Under the pieces are notes generated by a model. It was not told where the DNA came from. It was given only the letters and a program-made list of their open reading frames with translations, and ran no database searches. A DNA stretch of 64,000 bases from Alphaproteobacteria bacterium (lineage in GTDB: Bacteria > Pseudomonadota > Alphaproteobacteria > JACZXZ01), in NCBI GenBank assembly GCA_035294245.1, contig DATGLG010000004.1:386592-450591 (forward strand). Reading direction: 5' to 3'. This document shows, piece by piece, positions 38,949 to 52,157 of the stretch. Each line of letters starts with the position of its first letter. Within the stretch, counting starts at the first letter, position 1. A program made the translations under genes and the position numbers.

Positions 38949-39725
38949 ATGGCCGAATTCTCTCTGCCCGCGAACTCCAAGCCGCAGCCCGGCAAGGTGC
39001 ACCCGGCACCCGGCTCGGCCAAGCGGCCCAAAGCCTTCAAGATCTATCGCTGGTCGGCGGAAGAGGGCGAGAAGCCGCGGATCGATATCTATACCCTGGA
39101 TCTTGCCGAATGCGGGCCGATGGTGCTCGACGCGCTCATCAAGATCAAGAACGAGGTCGACAGCACTCTCACATTTCGCCGCTCCTGCCGCGAAGGCATT
39201 TGCGGCAGTTGCGCGATGAATATCGACGGCACCAATACCCTCGCATGCATCAAGGCGATCGAGGACATCAAGGATGAGGTCAGGATTTATCCGCTGCCGC
39301 ATATGCCGGTGGTGAAGGACCTGGTGCCGGACCTGACCCAATTCTACGCCCAGCACGCCTCAATCGAGCCCTGGCTCAAGACGGCGACCACCGCACCCGA
39401 TCGCGAGCGGCTACAGACGCCGGAGGACCGCGCCCGGCTCGATGGCCTCTACGAATGCATTCTCTGCGCCTGCTGCTCCACGGCCTGCCCGAGCTATTGG
39501 TGGAACAGCGAGCGCTATCTCGGCCCCGCGGTCTTGCTCCAGGCCTATCGTTGGATCGCCGACAGCCGCGACGAGGCGGCCGGCGAGCGGCTCGATCAGC
39601 TCGAGGATCCCTTCCGCCTCTATCGCTGCCACACCATTATGAACTGCACCAGGACCTGCCCCAAGCACCTCAATCCGGCGCAAGCGATCGCGGCGATCAA
39701 GCAGCTCATCGTGGCGCGGCGTTGA
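38949..39725 (+). CDS. sdhB: Succinate dehydrogenase iron-sulfur subunit
   Basis: [32 protein letters not shown] and [13 protein letters not shown] cysteine clusters. Confidence 0.97.
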   Translation: MAEFSLPANSKPQPGKVHPAPGSAKRPKAFKIYRWSAEEGEKPRIDIYTLDLAECGPMVLDALIKIKNEVDSTLTFRRSCREGICGSCAMNIDGTNTLACIKAIEDIKDEVRIYPLPHMPVVKDLVPDLTQFYAQHASIEPWLKTATTAPDRERLQTPEDRARLDGLYECILCACCSTACPSYWWNSERYLGPAVLLQAYRWIADSRDEAAGERLDQLEDPFRLYRCHTIMNCTRTCPKHLNPAQAIAAIKQLIVARR

Positions 39726-39740
39726 GGGCGCGGCCCGCGC

Positions 39741-39947
39741 TCAGCCGAGCTTGATGTCGCCCATGATCTGGTGGCTGAGATCGATCTTGTCGACGGTCAG
39801 CACCATTCTCGCTTGGAGCTTTTCGTTGCCCTTGAGCTTGCCATTTGCGACGGCTTTGCGCACGGCGTCCTCGATCTCGCGCTGTGAGGTTACGCCCACC
39901 ACCTTGAGGAATTTCCGCACCTCCATGTTCAACGTATCTTCGTTCAT
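39741..39947 (-). CDS. Small conserved hypothetical protein (68 aa)
   Basis: Clean ORF with normal amino-acid composition, convergent with sdhB. MNEDTLNMEVRKFLKVVGVTSQREIEDAVRKAV… resembles a short alphaproteobacterial DUF. The family was not identified. Confidence 0.5.
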   Translation of the reverse strand: MNEDTLNMEVRKFLKVVGVTSQREIEDAVRKAVANGKLKGNEKLQARMVLTVDKIDLSHQIMGDIKLG

Positions 39948-40087
39948 GGCGGCTGTCCTTCATCTCCCATCACGCTTTGATTGCGTAAAGTAGCGCCAAT
40001 CCCGGCCGTACGCCAGCCGCGTGCCTTGGAGCCGAGGCGGCGCTGTGCTAGCGTCCTTCCGCCGCGGGAGCGAAAACGGGGCAATAG

Positions 40088-40834
40088 ATGCGCGGAGCAC
40101 TCGTCGTTACCGGCGGAAGTCGCGGCATTGGCGCCGCCACGGCGCGGCTCGCCGGCACCCGGGGCTATGCCGTTTGCGTGAATTACCGCGGCAATGGCAC
40201 CGCCGCCGAGGCGGTGGTGCGCGATATCACGGAAAAGGGCGGCAGGGCGGTCGCTGTTCGGGGCGATGTCGCGAATGAAGCCGAGGTCGCGCGCCTTTTC
40301 GACGAGACAGAGAAAGCTCTCGGGCCGATCGGCGGCCTCGTCAACAATGCCGGCCTCACCGGCCCGATCAGCCGTATCACGGACGTGTCTCTCGCTACGC
40401 TGCGTGAGGTCTTCGACATCAATATCCTTGGGAGCTTTCTCTGCGCGCGGGAGGCCGTTCGCCGCATGTCTACGGCGCGTGGCGGCAAGGGCGGAAGCAT
40501 CGTCAATCTGTCGTCAATGGCTGCGTTCCTCGGCGGGCCTGGTGAGTTCGTGCATTATGCGGCTTCCAAAGGCGCCATCGAGACCTTCACGATCGGCCTC
40601 GCCCGCGAGGTCGCGCGGGAAGGCATCCGGGTAAACGCCGTGGCGCCGGGGCTCATCGATACCGATATCCACGCCGCCGCAGGGGCGCCGGACCGGGTCG
40701 AGCGGCTCGGCCCCTCCGTGCCGATGGGCCGCGGCGGCACGGCCGAGGAGGTCGCAGCCGCCATCCTCTGGCTGCTCTCGGACGCCGCCTCTTATGTGAC
40801 CGGCACGTCCTTGCGCGTCTCCGGCGGGCGCTAA
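40088..40834 (+). CDS. SDR-family short-chain dehydrogenase/reductase
   Basis: TGGSRGIGAATA (TGxxxGIG), NNAG, and YAASKGA (catalytic YxxxK). 248 aa. Confidence 0.85.
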   Translation: MRGALVVTGGSRGIGAATARLAGTRGYAVCVNYRGNGTAAEAVVRDITEKGGRAVAVRGDVANEAEVARLFDETEKALGPIGGLVNNAGLTGPISRITDVSLATLREVFDINILGSFLCAREAVRRMSTARGGKGGSIVNLSSMAAFLGGPGEFVHYAASKGAIETFTIGLAREVAREGIRVNAVAPGLIDTDIHAAAGAPDRVERLGPSVPMGRGGTAEEVAAAILWLLSDAASYVTGTSLRVSGGR

Positions 40835-40849
40835 CGAAACGGAGTCCTT

Positions 40850-41821
40850 ATGCCTCTCGACACGCCGCTGTGCAGGTTGCTCGACATCCGCCATCCCATT
40901 CTTCTGGCGCCCATGGGCGGCATTTCCGGCGGCGCCCTCGCTGCGGCCGTTACCCGCGCAGGCGGGCTCGGGATCATCGGGGGCGGCTATGGCGATCGGG
41001 CTTGGCTGGAACGCGAGCTCGACGCGGCTGGCGAGGCGCGCATCGGGATCGGCTTCATCACCTGGAGCCTCGCCCGTAATCCGGCGCTCCTCGATTTGGC
41101 ATTGACGCGCTCGCCCGTCGCCGTCTTTCTCTCCTTCGGCGATCCCCGGCCTTTCGTCGCCAAGATCAGGGCCAGGGGCGCCAAGCTGATCCTCCAGGTG
41201 CAGACGCTGCGCGAGGCGCGCGAGGCGCAGGAGCTCGGCGCCGATCTCATTGTCGCCCAGGGCACCGAAGCCGGCGGTCACGGTACGACCCGGCGAGCGC
41301 TCTTCCCGCTCCTACCGGCCGTGGTCGATGCGGTGGCGCCAACGCCGGTCGTCGCGGCGGGCGGCATCTCCAACGGACGACAGCTGGCGGCCGCGCTCAT
41401 GCTCGGCACTGCTGGTGTTCTCGTCGGAACGCGCTTCTTTGCGGCCAAGGAATCGCTCGGCCACGCTAATGCCAAGGCCCGTATCGTTGCCGCGGGCGGC
41501 GACGATACGCTCCGCACTCATATATTCGACATCGTGCGCGAGCTTGATTGGCCGAAGGCCTATACCGGCCGCGCAATCGCGAACGAGCTGTCCCGGCGCT
41601 GGCACGGCGCCGAAGCGGGGCTTGGCGCGGCGCTCAAGGAGGAGAAGCCGCGCTATGCCGCCGCGGTCCAGGCCGGTGACTTTGAAACCGCCGTCATCTT
41701 CGCCGGAGAAGGGCTCGATCTCGTCTGCGACATTCCGACTGCCGCCGAGATCGTCGAGCGACTGGCGAGCGAAGCGGAGGAGCTGCTCGAGCGAGCGGCC
41801 CGCTTTGTCGCCTCCGACTAG
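40850..41821 (+). CDS. Nitronate monooxygenase (2-nitropropane dioxygenase-like, FMN-dependent)
   Basis: HPILLAPMGGISGGALAAAVTRAGGLGIIG and downstream TIM-barrel NMO motifs (AQGTEAGGH). Confidence 0.85.
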   Translation: MPLDTPLCRLLDIRHPILLAPMGGISGGALAAAVTRAGGLGIIGGGYGDRAWLERELDAAGEARIGIGFITWSLARNPALLDLALTRSPVAVFLSFGDPRPFVAKIRARGAKLILQVQTLREAREAQELGADLIVAQGTEAGGHGTTRRALFPLLPAVVDAVAPTPVVAAGGISNGRQLAAALMLGTAGVLVGTRFFAAKESLGHANAKARIVAAGGDDTLRTHIFDIVRELDWPKAYTGRAIANELSRRWHGAEAGLGAALKEEKPRYAAAVQAGDFETAVIFAGEGLDLVCDIPTAAEIVERLASEAEELLERAARFVASD

Positions 41822-41922
41822 AACCCGCGCCCCGGTTGACGTGGCGACATTGACAAGCGGCCCGCTTCCATCCCAATTGAGCGCCGCAGAAGAATGAACC
41901 GGGCAAGATCCTCCTCACATCC

Positions 41923-43047
41923 ATGAGCAACGAGCCATTCACCGGCGGGCCGCTCGCCGCTTATCGGGCGCTGCGCCAAGCCGGACGCCTCGATCCGGAC
42001 CCGATGCAACTTCTGGCCGCGGAAAAGCTCCAGAGCTTGTGTCATGCGCTCGCCGGGTATCGGCCGGCGAATAACGGCTCGGGCTGGATGGCCCGGCTCG
42101 GCCTGGCGCGGCGGCATGAGCCGGTGCCCCAAGGACTCTACCTCTTCGGCGCAGCCGGGCGCGGCAAATCGATGTTGATGGACCTTTTCTTCGCTCACGC
42201 GGCAATCGAGCAGAAGCGGCGCGTCCATTTTCATGCCTTTATGATCGAGGTGCATGAGCGCATCCATCACTTCCGCCAAACGGGCGAGGGCGATCCCATA
42301 GCACCAGTCGCGCGAGATATCGCCGACCAAGCCTGGCTCCTCTGCTTCGACGAATTCCACGTCACCGACATCGCTGACGCGATGATTCTCGGGCGGTTGT
42401 TCCAGGCCTTCTTTGCCGCTGGCGTCGTTATCGTCGCAACTTCAAATTTCGCGCCCGATGATCTTTACAAGGACGGGCTTCAGCGCGAGCTCTTCCTGCC
42501 CTTCATCGCCTTGATCAAGGAAAAGCTGGACGTGCTTCATCTCGAGGGCGGCGTCGATTGGCGGCGGCAGCGCTTGCGGGGCATGCCGATCTACCATTCG
42601 CCGCTCGGCCTCGAGGCGAGCGCCGCTCTCGACGCAGCCTTCAAGGCTCTCGCCGACGGTGTCGTCCCCGGGCCCGAGACCCTCGTGGTCCAGGGCCGCA
42701 GCTTGGTGGTCCCTTGCGCCGCCGCAGGGGTCGCCCGTTTCGATTTCACCGAGCTCTGCGAGCGGCCGCTGGGCCCCGCGGACTATATTGCCCTCGCGAG
42801 CCACTATCGCGCGATCGTGCTGGATGGCGTCCCCCGCCTCGGTCCCGAGCGACGCGACGCGGCGCGGCGCTTCGTGACCTTGATCGACGAGCTTTATGAG
42901 CATCGCGTGCATCTCATCTGTGCCGCGGCGGCAGCCCCCGACGAGCTCTGTACCGCTGGCGAGGTTGCAGCGCTCTTCCGACGAACCGCATCGCGCCTCA
43001 TCGAGATGCAATCCGCCGACTACCTCGACAAGCCGCATCTGACCTGA
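41923..43047 (+). CDS. zapE: AFG1-like ATPase / cell division protein ZapE
   Basis: Walker A GLYLFGAAGRGKSMLMD, Walker B LLCFDEFHVTDIADAM. 374 aa. Confidence 0.85.
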   Translation: MSNEPFTGGPLAAYRALRQAGRLDPDPMQLLAAEKLQSLCHALAGYRPANNGSGWMARLGLARRHEPVPQGLYLFGAAGRGKSMLMDLFFAHAAIEQKRRVHFHAFMIEVHERIHHFRQTGEGDPIAPVARDIADQAWLLCFDEFHVTDIADAMILGRLFQAFFAAGVVIVATSNFAPDDLYKDGLQRELFLPFIALIKEKLDVLHLEGGVDWRRQRLRGMPIYHSPLGLEASAALDAAFKALADGVVPGPETLVVQGRSLVVPCAAAGVARFDFTELCERPLGPADYIALASHYRAIVLDGVPRLGPERRDAARRFVTLIDELYEHRVHLICAAAAAPDELCTAGEVAALFRRTASRLIEMQSADYLDKPHLT

Positions 43048-43118
43048 CATTGATGCAATTCGGCTATGAAGCGGCGGGCCGCTTCCCCTTGCCCTTGACG
43101 GCAAATCGCGGTACTTAA

Positions 43119-44189
<1,071 letters not shown>

Positions 44190-44325
44190 CCGGAGCACCT
44201 GCGCTCTGCGTCCCTCACAATTTCGGATATCGGAGTCGAAGCAGCCAGCGAGACCGTAGGCGTTGCCGGGATGACCGGTTTTGATCGAAGCGCAAACAGC
44301 GCCTGCCTTGCAAAGGAAGCCAAGG

Positions 44326-45495
44326 ATGAATATCCACGAATACCAGGCCAAGACTCTGCTCGCCAAATACGGGGTGGCAGTGCCCAAGGGTGGAGTCGCC
44401 TACACGGCGGCGGAAGCCGAGCAAGTCGGGAAGACGCTCGGCGGCCCGGTTTGGGTGGTCAAGGCTCAAATTCATGCCGGCGGGCGCGGCAAGGGCGGTG
44501 GCGTCAAGCTCGTCAAGTCGATCGACGAATTGCGCGAGACCGCGAAGAAGATGATCGGCATGACCCTCGTCACCCATCAGACCGGGCCGCAGGGCAAGGA
44601 AGTAAAGCGCGTCTATGTCGAGGAGGGTTGCGACATCCGGCGCGAGCTCTATCTCGGCATGCTGATCGATCGCGCAGCCGGTCGCGTCACGGTGATCGCC
44701 TCGACCGAGGGCGGCATGGAAATCGAGGAGGTCGCTGCGAAGACGCCCGAGAAGATATTGCGCACCTCGATCGACCCCGCGGCCGGCTTCCAGCCGTTTT
44801 ACGCGCGCAAGATTGCCTTCGGCCTCGGTCTTGAAGGCAAGCAGGTGAACGCAGCGGTAAAGTTCATCACCGGTATGTACAACGCCTTCGTCACCCTCGA
44901 CGCCAGCCTCATCGAGATCAATCCGCTGGTTGTCACAGGCGCTGGCGAGGTGATCGCCCTCGACGCGAAAATGAATTTCGACGACAACGCGCTTTTCCGG
45001 CATCGCGAGGTCGCGGATCTCCGCGACGAGGACGAGGAGGATCCGACCGAGCGCGAAGCGGCCCGCCACGATCTCAATTACGTCAAGCTCACCGGCAATA
45101 TCGGCTGCATGGTGAATGGCGCCGGGCTTGCGATGGCTACGATGGACATCATCAAGCTCTACGGCGGCGAGCCGGCCAACTTCCTCGATGTGGGTGGCGG
45201 CGCCACCAAGGAGCGGGTCACCATCGCCTTCAAGTTGATCCTCTCCGATCCGCATGTCGAAGGCATTCTCGTCAATATTTTCGGTGGCATCATGCGTTGC
45301 GATGTCATCGCGGAGGGCGTCGTCGCCGCCGCTCGGGAAGTCAGCCTGCACGTACCGCTCGTCGTTCGCCTCGAAGGCACCAATGTCGAGCTCGGAAAGA
45401 AGATCCTGTCCGAGTCCGGGCTGCCCATCATCTCGGCCGACAACCTCGCCGATGCGGCCGAGAAGGTGGTGAAAGCCGTCAAGGAGGCGCGATAA
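44326..45495 (+). CDS. sucC: Succinyl-CoA synthetase beta subunit
   Basis: [17 protein letters not shown]…ATP-grasp domain…[18 protein letters not shown]. 389 aa. Confidence 0.95.
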   Translation: MNIHEYQAKTLLAKYGVAVPKGGVAYTAAEAEQVGKTLGGPVWVVKAQIHAGGRGKGGGVKLVKSIDELRETAKKMIGMTLVTHQTGPQGKEVKRVYVEEGCDIRRELYLGMLIDRAAGRVTVIASTEGGMEIEEVAAKTPEKILRTSIDPAAGFQPFYARKIAFGLGLEGKQVNAAVKFITGMYNAFVTLDASLIEINPLVVTGAGEVIALDAKMNFDDNALFRHREVADLRDEDEEDPTEREAARHDLNYVKLTGNIGCMVNGAGLAMATMDIIKLYGGEPANFLDVGGGATKERVTIAFKLILSDPHVEGILVNIFGGIMRCDVIAEGVVAAAREVSLHVPLVVRLEGTNVELGKKILSESGLPIISADNLADAAEKVVKAVKEAR

Positions 45496-46370
45496 TGGCC
45501 GTTCTCGTCAACGCCAAGACAAAGGTCATCTGCCAGGGCTTCACGGGCGCCCAGGGCACCTTCCATTCCGAGCAGGCGATCGCCTATGGCACCCAGATGG
45601 TCGGGGGCATCACCCCGGGCAAGGGTGGCTCGAAGCATCTCGATCTTCCGGTCTTCGACACCGTTGCCGAAGCGGTGGCGAAGACCGGCGCCGACGCCTC
45701 CGTCGTTTTCGTGCCGCCGCCCTTCGCGGCCGACGCCATCCTCGAGGCAGTCGATGCCGAGGTGCCGCTCATCGTTTGCATCACCGAAGGCATTCCAGTG
45801 CAGGACATGGTGCGGGTGAAGCGGGCGCTCACCGGCGCGCGCTCGCGCCTCATCGGGCCCAATTGCCCTGGAATCATTACCCCAGACGAATGCAAGATCG
45901 GCATCATGCCGGGCCACATCCATCGGCGCGGCAAGGTCGGAATCGTGTCCCGCTCGGGTACCCTGACCTACGAAGCCGTGGCCCAGACGACCGCAGCCGG
46001 CCTTGGGCAATCGACCTGCATTGGTATCGGTGGGGATCCGGTCAACGGCACCAATTTCATCGATTGTCTCGAGCTGTTCCTGGGTGATCCGGAGACCCTC
46101 GGCATCATCATGATCGGCGAGATCGGCGGTACCGCCGAGGAGGATGCGGCCGATTTCCTCAAGCACAGCCGAACGAAGAAGCCCGTGGTCGGCTTCATTG
46201 CCGGCGTCACGGCGCCCCCCGGCCGCCGCATGGGCCATGCGGGAGCAATCATTTCCGGCGGCAAGGGCCGGGCCGCCGACAAGATCGCCGCGATGAAAAG
46301 CGCTGGGATCCACGTTGCCGATTCTCCAGCGGCGCTCGGCAGCACCATGCGCAAAGCCATGAACGGTTAA
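45495..46370 (+). CDS. sucD: Succinyl-CoA synthetase alpha subunit
   Basis: [18 protein letters not shown]…SRSGTLTYE…GHAGAI (phospho-His region). Its ATG overlaps the sucC TAA by 1 nt. Confidence 0.95.
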   Translation: MAVLVNAKTKVICQGFTGAQGTFHSEQAIAYGTQMVGGITPGKGGSKHLDLPVFDTVAEAVAKTGADASVVFVPPPFAADAILEAVDAEVPLIVCITEGIPVQDMVRVKRALTGARSRLIGPNCPGIITPDECKIGIMPGHIHRRGKVGIVSRSGTLTYEAVAQTTAAGLGQSTCIGIGGDPVNGTNFIDCLELFLGDPETLGIIMIGEIGGTAEEDAADFLKHSRTKKPVVGFIAGVTAPPGRRMGHAGAIISGGKGRAADKIAAMKSAGIHVADSPAALGSTMRKAMNG

Positions 46371-46516
46371 CGACCCTATATTATCATCGCCGCGAGCTGG
46401 CCCGGCGGACTACCGCTACCTATTTGACGGAACGGAGAGATTTCGGGTTCCGGGGATTTGCATAGATGGGAGTCCGCCGGCGGCCTCCAGGATCGATGGG
46501 GAAGACCGGGAATATC

Positions 46517-49381
46517 ATGAGCAATCGTCTCGAAGAGGATCGACGATCCTTTCTCTTCGGCGGCAATGCCGAATTCGTCGCTGAGCTGTACGCCCGCTAC
46601 CTGCAGGACGCGGCCAGCGTAGATCCGAGCTGGGTACAATTCTTCCGTGACTTGCGCGACGATCCGGCCAATGTCAGGACCGAGCTCAGGGGCGCCAGCT
46701 GGGCTCCGCGTCCGCCCTTGATCGGCTCGGATATCGGCGAAGCCCCAACGAACGGCAATCTCCGCGCTACCGTGGCAGCGCCCGCCGATGAAATCCGGCG
46801 CGCCACCTTGGATGCCCTGCGCGCGATCATGTTGATCCGCGCTTACCGCGTCCGCGGCCATCTTATCGCGCGGCTCGATCCCCTTGAGCTCGAGAAGCGA
46901 GAATACCACCCCGAACTCGATTACCGCACCTACGGCTTCACCGACGAGGACCTCGATCGCCCTATTTTTATCAACAACGTGTTGGGCCTCGAGACGGCAA
47001 CCTTGCGCCAGATCGTCGAGCGCGTCCGTGCGACCTATTGCGGCTCGATCGGTGTCGAATACATGCATATGCAGGATCCCGAGCAGAAGCTATGGATCCA
47101 GGAGCGCATCGAGCAGACCGATAATCGCCGTGATTTCACCGCGAAGGGCAAGCAGGCGATCCTCGAGCGGCTCTCGGTCGCGGAAACCTTCGAGCGCTTT
47201 CTCGAGAAGAAATACACGGGCACCAAGCGCTTTGGCCTTGAGGGCGGGGAATCGCTCATTCCAGCGCTCGAGCAGATCATCAAAGTGGCGGGCAGGCTGG
47301 GCGTCGAAGAGATCGTGATCGGGATGCCCCATCGCGGCCGCCTCAACGTGCTCGCCAACGTCATGCAGAAGCCCTTCGCCGCTATCTTCGCGGAATTCGA
47401 AGGCAATCCGGGCCGCCCCGAGGATGTCCACGGCTCCGGGGATGTGAAATACCATCTCGGGACCTCGTCCGATCGCGAGTTCGACGGCAACATCGTCCAT
47501 CTCTCGCTGACAGCAAACCCCTCCCATCTCGAGGTCGTCAATCCAGTCGTACTGGGCAAGGCGCGCGCCAAGCAGCGTCAGCGCGGCGACAGCGACCGCT
47601 CCAAGGTCATGGGCCTCCTGATGCACGGTGACGCCGCCTTCGCCGGACAAGGCATCGTCGCCGAGACCTTCGAGCTTTCGGAGCTTTACAGCTATAGGAT
47701 CGGCGGCACCATCCATTTTATCGTCAACAACCAGATCGGCTTCACCACCAATCCGGTCAATGCGCGCACCGGCCCCTATTGCTCGGACATGGGCAAGATC
47801 GTGCAGGCGCCGATTTTCCACGTGAATGGCGACGATCCCGAGGCCGTCGTTCATGTAGCGCAGATCGCCACGGAATTCCGGCAGCGCTTCAAGCGCGATG
47901 TGGTGATCGACATGTTCTGCTACCGGCGCCACGGCCATAACGAGATCGACGAGCCGGCCTTCACGCAGCCGCGCATGTATCGCAAGATCGCCCAGCATCC
48001 GACCACGCGGCAGATTTACTCGGAGAAGCTCGTCCGCGATGGCGTGATCAGCGCGGAGGAGGCGGAACGCATCGGCGCCGAGTTCCATGCACGGCTGGAG
48101 CAGGATTTCGAAGCTGCCAAGAGCTATCGGGTCAACAAGGCCGACTGGCTTGAAGGCGCTTGGAGCGGCTTCGATATCGCCCGCGGCGAGGCTCGCAAGG
48201 GCGAGACCGCCGTCGACGTCGAGAAGCTGCGCGCTCTCGGGCTGAAGTTCACGAGCTATCCGAAAGATTTCAATCTCAATCGCAAGCTCGCACGACTGAT
48301 GGATCAGAAGCGCAAGATGTTCGAGACCGGCGAAGGCATCGACTGGGCGACGGCCGAGGCGCTCGCCTTCGGCTCGCTCCTCGTCGAAGGCACGCCCGTA
48401 CGGCTTTCGGGCCAGGACTCCGGCCGCGGCACATTTTCCCAGCGCCACGCGGTGCTGGTTGACCAGGAAAGCGAAGAAAAATACGTGCCCCTTGCGAACC
48501 TCTCCGCCGATCAGGCGTCTTTCGAGGTGGTCGACAGCCCGCTCGCCGAGGCCTCGGTTCTCGGATTCGAGTATGGCTACTCGCTCGCCGATCCGCGCTC
48601 TCTGGTGTTGTGGGAGGCTCAATTCGGCGACTTCGCCAATGGCGCGCAGTCGATCATCGACCAATTCATCAGCTCGGCCGAGAGCAAGTGGCTACGCATG
48701 TCGGGACTCGTGATGCTGTTGCCCCACGGCTATGAAGGCCAGGGCCCGGATCACAGCTCGGCACGCCTCGAACGCTATCTTCAGCTTTGCGCCGAAGACA
48801 ACATGCAGGTGGTGAATTGCACGACACCCGCGCAGTATTTCCACGTGCTCCGGCGTCAGATGCGGCGGAACTTCCGCAAGCCGCTCGTTGTCATGACGCC
48901 CAAGTCTCTCTTGCGCCACAAGCTCTGCGTCTCGAAGTTGAGCGATTTCGGCCAGGGTACGAGCTTCCATCGCGTCTTTTACGACATGCCTCTTGCGGTA
49001 CCGGAGAGCCGGATCTCGCGCGTGATCCTCTGCTCGGGCAAGGTCTATTACGACCTCTACGAGGAGCTGCAGCGGCGGCAGCTCAAAGAGATTTATATCC
49101 TACGGCTCGAACAGCTCTATCCCGTCCCGGTCAAGTCGCTTTCGGCGGAGCTCGCCCGCTTCAAGGGCGCGGAATTCCTCTGGTGCCAGGAGGAAAGCGC
49201 GAATATGGGCGCCTGGAGCTTCGTGCGCCCGCGCATCGAGGACATCCTGGTTGCAATCGGCGCCGCGCGGCCGCATCTCAAATATGCCGGGCGGCCGGAA
49301 TCCGCATCGACGGCGACGGGTCACTACGAGGACCATATCAAGGAACAGAAGAAGCTGGTTGACGACGCGCTCTCGCTTTGA
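46517..49381 (+). CDS. sucA: 2-oxoglutarate dehydrogenase E1 component
   Basis: 954 aa. FLFGGNAEFVAELY N-terminus, the TPP-binding GDAAFAGQG and typical C-terminal region. The Met at 46517 is chosen. Confidence 0.95.
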   Translation: MSNRLEEDRRSFLFGGNAEFVAELYARYLQDAASVDPSWVQFFRDLRDDPANVRTELRGASWAPRPPLIGSDIGEAPTNGNLRATVAAPADEIRRATLDALRAIMLIRAYRVRGHLIARLDPLELEKREYHPELDYRTYGFTDEDLDRPIFINNVLGLETATLRQIVERVRATYCGSIGVEYMHMQDPEQKLWIQERIEQTDNRRDFTAKGKQAILERLSVAETFERFLEKKYTGTKRFGLEGGESLIPALEQIIKVAGRLGVEEIVIGMPHRGRLNVLANVMQKPFAAIFAEFEGNPGRPEDVHGSGDVKYHLGTSSDREFDGNIVHLSLTANPSHLEVVNPVVLGKARAKQRQRGDSDRSKVMGLLMHGDAAFAGQGIVAETFELSELYSYRIGGTIHFIVNNQIGFTTNPVNARTGPYCSDMGKIVQAPIFHVNGDDPEAVVHVAQIATEFRQRFKRDVVIDMFCYRRHGHNEIDEPAFTQPRMYRKIAQHPTTRQIYSEKLVRDGVISAEEAERIGAEFHARLEQDFEAAKSYRVNKADWLEGAWSGFDIARGEARKGETAVDVEKLRALGLKFTSYPKDFNLNRKLARLMDQKRKMFETGEGIDWATAEALAFGSLLVEGTPVRLSGQDSGRGTFSQRHAVLVDQESEEKYVPLANLSADQASFEVVDSPLAEASVLGFEYGYSLADPRSLVLWEAQFGDFANGAQSIIDQFISSAESKWLRMSGLVMLLPHGYEGQGPDHSSARLERYLQLCAEDNMQVVNCTTPAQYFHVLRRQMRRNFRKPLVVMTPKSLLRHKLCVSKLSDFGQGTSFHRVFYDMPLAVPESRISRVILCSGKVYYDLYEELQRRQLKEIYILRLEQLYPVPVKSLSAELARFKGAEFLWCQEESANMGAWSFVRPRIEDILVAIGAARPHLKYAGRPESASTATGHYEDHIKEQKKLVDDALSL

Positions 49382-49412
49382 GCGAAGTGACGCGAAAAGG
49401 TGAGGACTGGTC

Positions 49413-50705
49413 ATGGCGACGAATATCGTAGTGCCGACGCTCGGCGAGTCGGTTACTGAGGCCACCGTTTCGAAATGGTTCAAGAAGGTGGGCGAAGCCA
49501 TCGCTGCCGACGATCCGCTGGTCGAGTTGGAGACCGACAAGGTGACGCTCGAGGTGCCTGCGCCGGCAGCCGGCACGCTCGGCGAGATCCGAGTGGCAGA
49601 AGGCGGCACCGTCGCGGTCGGCGCCACCCTCGGCGTGATCGCCGATGGAGGCGCGCCGGCGAAGCCCGCTGCAGCAGAGAAGCCCCAAGCCAAGCCCGCA
49701 TCTCCGCCCACACCCGCCGCCAAGCCTATGGCGGCGCCGCAACAGGCTGCGCCTCCACCATCGGCGACATCCGCTACGGCCGATGTGCTGGCGCCTGCCG
49801 TCCGGAAGCTCGTGGACGACAACGCTCTCGATTCGTCGCAAATCCCGGCCACGGGTAAGGATGGTCGGCTCACCAAGGGCGATGTGCTTGCCTACCTCGA
49901 GACGCGGCGGAAGCCTGCACCGGCACCGACGGTTGCGCCGGCGCCACCGCCACCCCAGCCCACGGCGCCGACCGCACCTCCGCTCGCGCGCCCGGGGGCA
50001 ACGATGCCGCGCGAGGAGCGGGTGCGCATGTCGCGGCTCCGTCGCACGATTGCGCAACGCCTCAAGGAGGCGCAGAACACCGCGGCAATGCTCACAACCT
50101 TCAACGAAGCGGACATGAGCGCCGTCATAGCTGTGCGTGGCCAGTATCGCGAGATCTTCGAGAAGAAGCATGGCGTACGGCTCGGCTTCATGTCTTTCTT
50201 CGCGAAGGCCTGCATCGTGGCCCTCAAGGAGGTGCCATCCGTCAATGCGCAGATCGACGGTGAGGATCTCGTCTACAAGAACCACTATGACCTCGGAATT
50301 GCCATCGGCGGCGGTCAAGGGCTCGTGGTTCCAGTGCTGCTCGACGCCGATCAACTCTCCTTCGCGCAGATCGAAAAGGCCATTGCCGATTTCGGCCGAC
50401 GCGCGCGCGACGGCAAGCTCGCTCTCGAAGAGCTCAGCGGCGGCACCTTCACCATCACCAACGGCGGCATCTACGGCTCGCTGAACTCGACGCCCATCCT
50501 CAACCCGCCCCAATCCGCGATCCTGGGCATGCACAAGATCCAGGAACGACCCGTCGCAGTCGGCGGCAAGGTCGAGGTCCGGCCGATGATGTATTTGGCG
50601 CTCTCCTACGATCATCGCGTCGTTGATGGCCGCGAAGCCGTGACGTTCCTCGTCCGCGTCAAGGAATGCATCGAGGATCCGCAGCGCATCCTTCTCGATA
50701 TGTAA
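49413..50705 (+). CDS. sucB: Dihydrolipoamide succinyltransferase E2 component
   Basis: Lipoyl domain [15 protein letters not shown], Ala/Pro linker, catalytic domain with the DHRVVDG motif. Confidence 0.95.
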   Translation: MATNIVVPTLGESVTEATVSKWFKKVGEAIAADDPLVELETDKVTLEVPAPAAGTLGEIRVAEGGTVAVGATLGVIADGGAPAKPAAAEKPQAKPASPPTPAAKPMAAPQQAAPPPSATSATADVLAPAVRKLVDDNALDSSQIPATGKDGRLTKGDVLAYLETRRKPAPAPTVAPAPPPPQPTAPTAPPLARPGATMPREERVRMSRLRRTIAQRLKEAQNTAAMLTTFNEADMSAVIAVRGQYREIFEKKHGVRLGFMSFFAKACIVALKEVPSVNAQIDGEDLVYKNHYDLGIAIGGGQGLVVPVLLDADQLSFAQIEKAIADFGRRARDGKLALEELSGGTFTITNGGIYGSLNSTPILNPPQSAILGMHKIQERPVAVGGKVEVRPMMYLALSYDHRVVDGREAVTFLVRVKECIEDPQRILLDM

Positions 50706-50738
50706 TCGCTTTCACGAGCCAAGCGAGGAATTCGCATC

Positions 50739-52148
50739 ATGGCCGACAGCTACGATTTCGTCGTCATTGGCGGCGGGCCCGGCGGGTATGTCGCGGCGAT
50801 ACGCGCCGCCCAGCTCGGCATGAAGGTCGCCTGCGTCGAGAAGCGCGCATCCCTGGGCGGGACCTGCCTCAATATCGGCTGCATTCCCTCCAAGGCGCTC
50901 CTGCAATCCTCGGAAAAGTTTGAGGAGGCAAAAAGCAAGCTCGCCGTCCATGGCGTCAAGATCGGCTCCGTCGAGCTCGACCTGCCCGGCCTGATGGCGC
51001 ACAAGGACAAGGTCGTCGGCGAGAACACGCGCGGCGTCGAATTCCTCTTCCGCAAGAACAAGATCGTGTGGTTGAAGGGAAGCGGTCGCATTCCTCGCGC
51101 CGGCGTCGTGGAGGTCGCCCCAGCAAATGGTGGCGCCGTCATCATTCTCGACGCCAAGAATATCGTGATCGCGACGGGCTCCGATTATGCGCCACTGCCC
51201 GGCGTGGAGGTCGACGAGAAACGGATCGTGTCGTCGACGGGGGCTCTCGCGCTGGAGAAGGTGCCTGGTCATTTCGTCGTGATCGGCGGCGGCTATATCG
51301 GGCTCGAGATGGGATCGGTGTGGCGCCGCATGGGCGCTGAGGTCACAGTGGTCGAGTTTCTTGATCGCATCGTGCCGGGCATGGATGGCGAGGTCGGCAA
51401 GCAGTTCCAGCGCCTCCTCGAGCGGCAGGGCTTCAAGTTCCGCCTTTCCACCAAGGTTACAGCCGCGAAGGAAGAGAGCGCCGGCGTCAAGTTGACACTG
51501 GAGCCAGCCGCAGGCGGGAAAGCCGAGAGCCTTGAGGCCGACGTCGTGCTCGTCGCCATCGGAAGGCGCCCTTACACCGAGGGGCTCGGGCTCGAAGCCT
51601 GCGGTGTTGCCGTCGATAATCGCGGCATGATCCAGGTCGATGACCGCTTCGAGACCAATGTGAAGGGTATTTATGCGATCGGCGACGTGATTCGCGGCCC
51701 GATGCTTGCCCATAAGGCCGAAGACGAAGGCGTTGCCGTGGCCGAGCTTATCGCAGGCCAGCACGGTCATGTGAATTACGACGCCATTCCGGGCATCGTC
51801 TATACCTGGCCCGAGGTTGCATCCGTCGGCAAAACCGAGGAGCAGCTCAAGGCCGAGGGCGTTGCCTATAAAACCGGCAAGTTTCCGTTCATGGCCAATG
51901 GCCGCGCCCGGGCCGCGGCGGAGACCGACGGCTTCGTCAAGATTCTGGCGGACGCCAAGACGGACCGCGTGCTCGGCTGCCATATCATCGGGCCCGATGC
52001 GGGCACCCTCATCCACGAGGTCGTCGTTGCCATGGAATTCGGCGGCTCGGCGGAGGACATCGCGCGCACCTGCCATGGCCACCCCACGTTGAACGAAGCC
52101 GTCAAGGAAGCCGCGCTCGCCGTCGGCGGGCGCGCCATCCATATTTAG
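50739..52148 (+). CDS. lpdA: Dihydrolipoyl dehydrogenase E3
   Basis: [15 protein letters not shown]…[13 protein letters not shown] redox disulfide motif, plus the C-terminal HAHPT interface motif. Confidence 0.95.
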   Translation: MADSYDFVVIGGGPGGYVAAIRAAQLGMKVACVEKRASLGGTCLNIGCIPSKALLQSSEKFEEAKSKLAVHGVKIGSVELDLPGLMAHKDKVVGENTRGVEFLFRKNKIVWLKGSGRIPRAGVVEVAPANGGAVIILDAKNIVIATGSDYAPLPGVEVDEKRIVSSTGALALEKVPGHFVVIGGGYIGLEMGSVWRRMGAEVTVVEFLDRIVPGMDGEVGKQFQRLLERQGFKFRLSTKVTAAKEESAGVKLTLEPAAGGKAESLEADVVLVAIGRRPYTEGLGLEACGVAVDNRGMIQVDDRFETNVKGIYAIGDVIRGPMLAHKAEDEGVAVAELIAGQHGHVNYDAIPGIVYTWPEVASVGKTEEQLKAEGVAYKTGKFPFMANGRARAAAETDGFVKILADAKTDRVLGCHIIGPDAGTLIHEVVVAMEFGGSAEDIARTCHGHPTLNEAVKEAALAVGGRAIHI

Positions 52149-52157
52149 CGAAATATT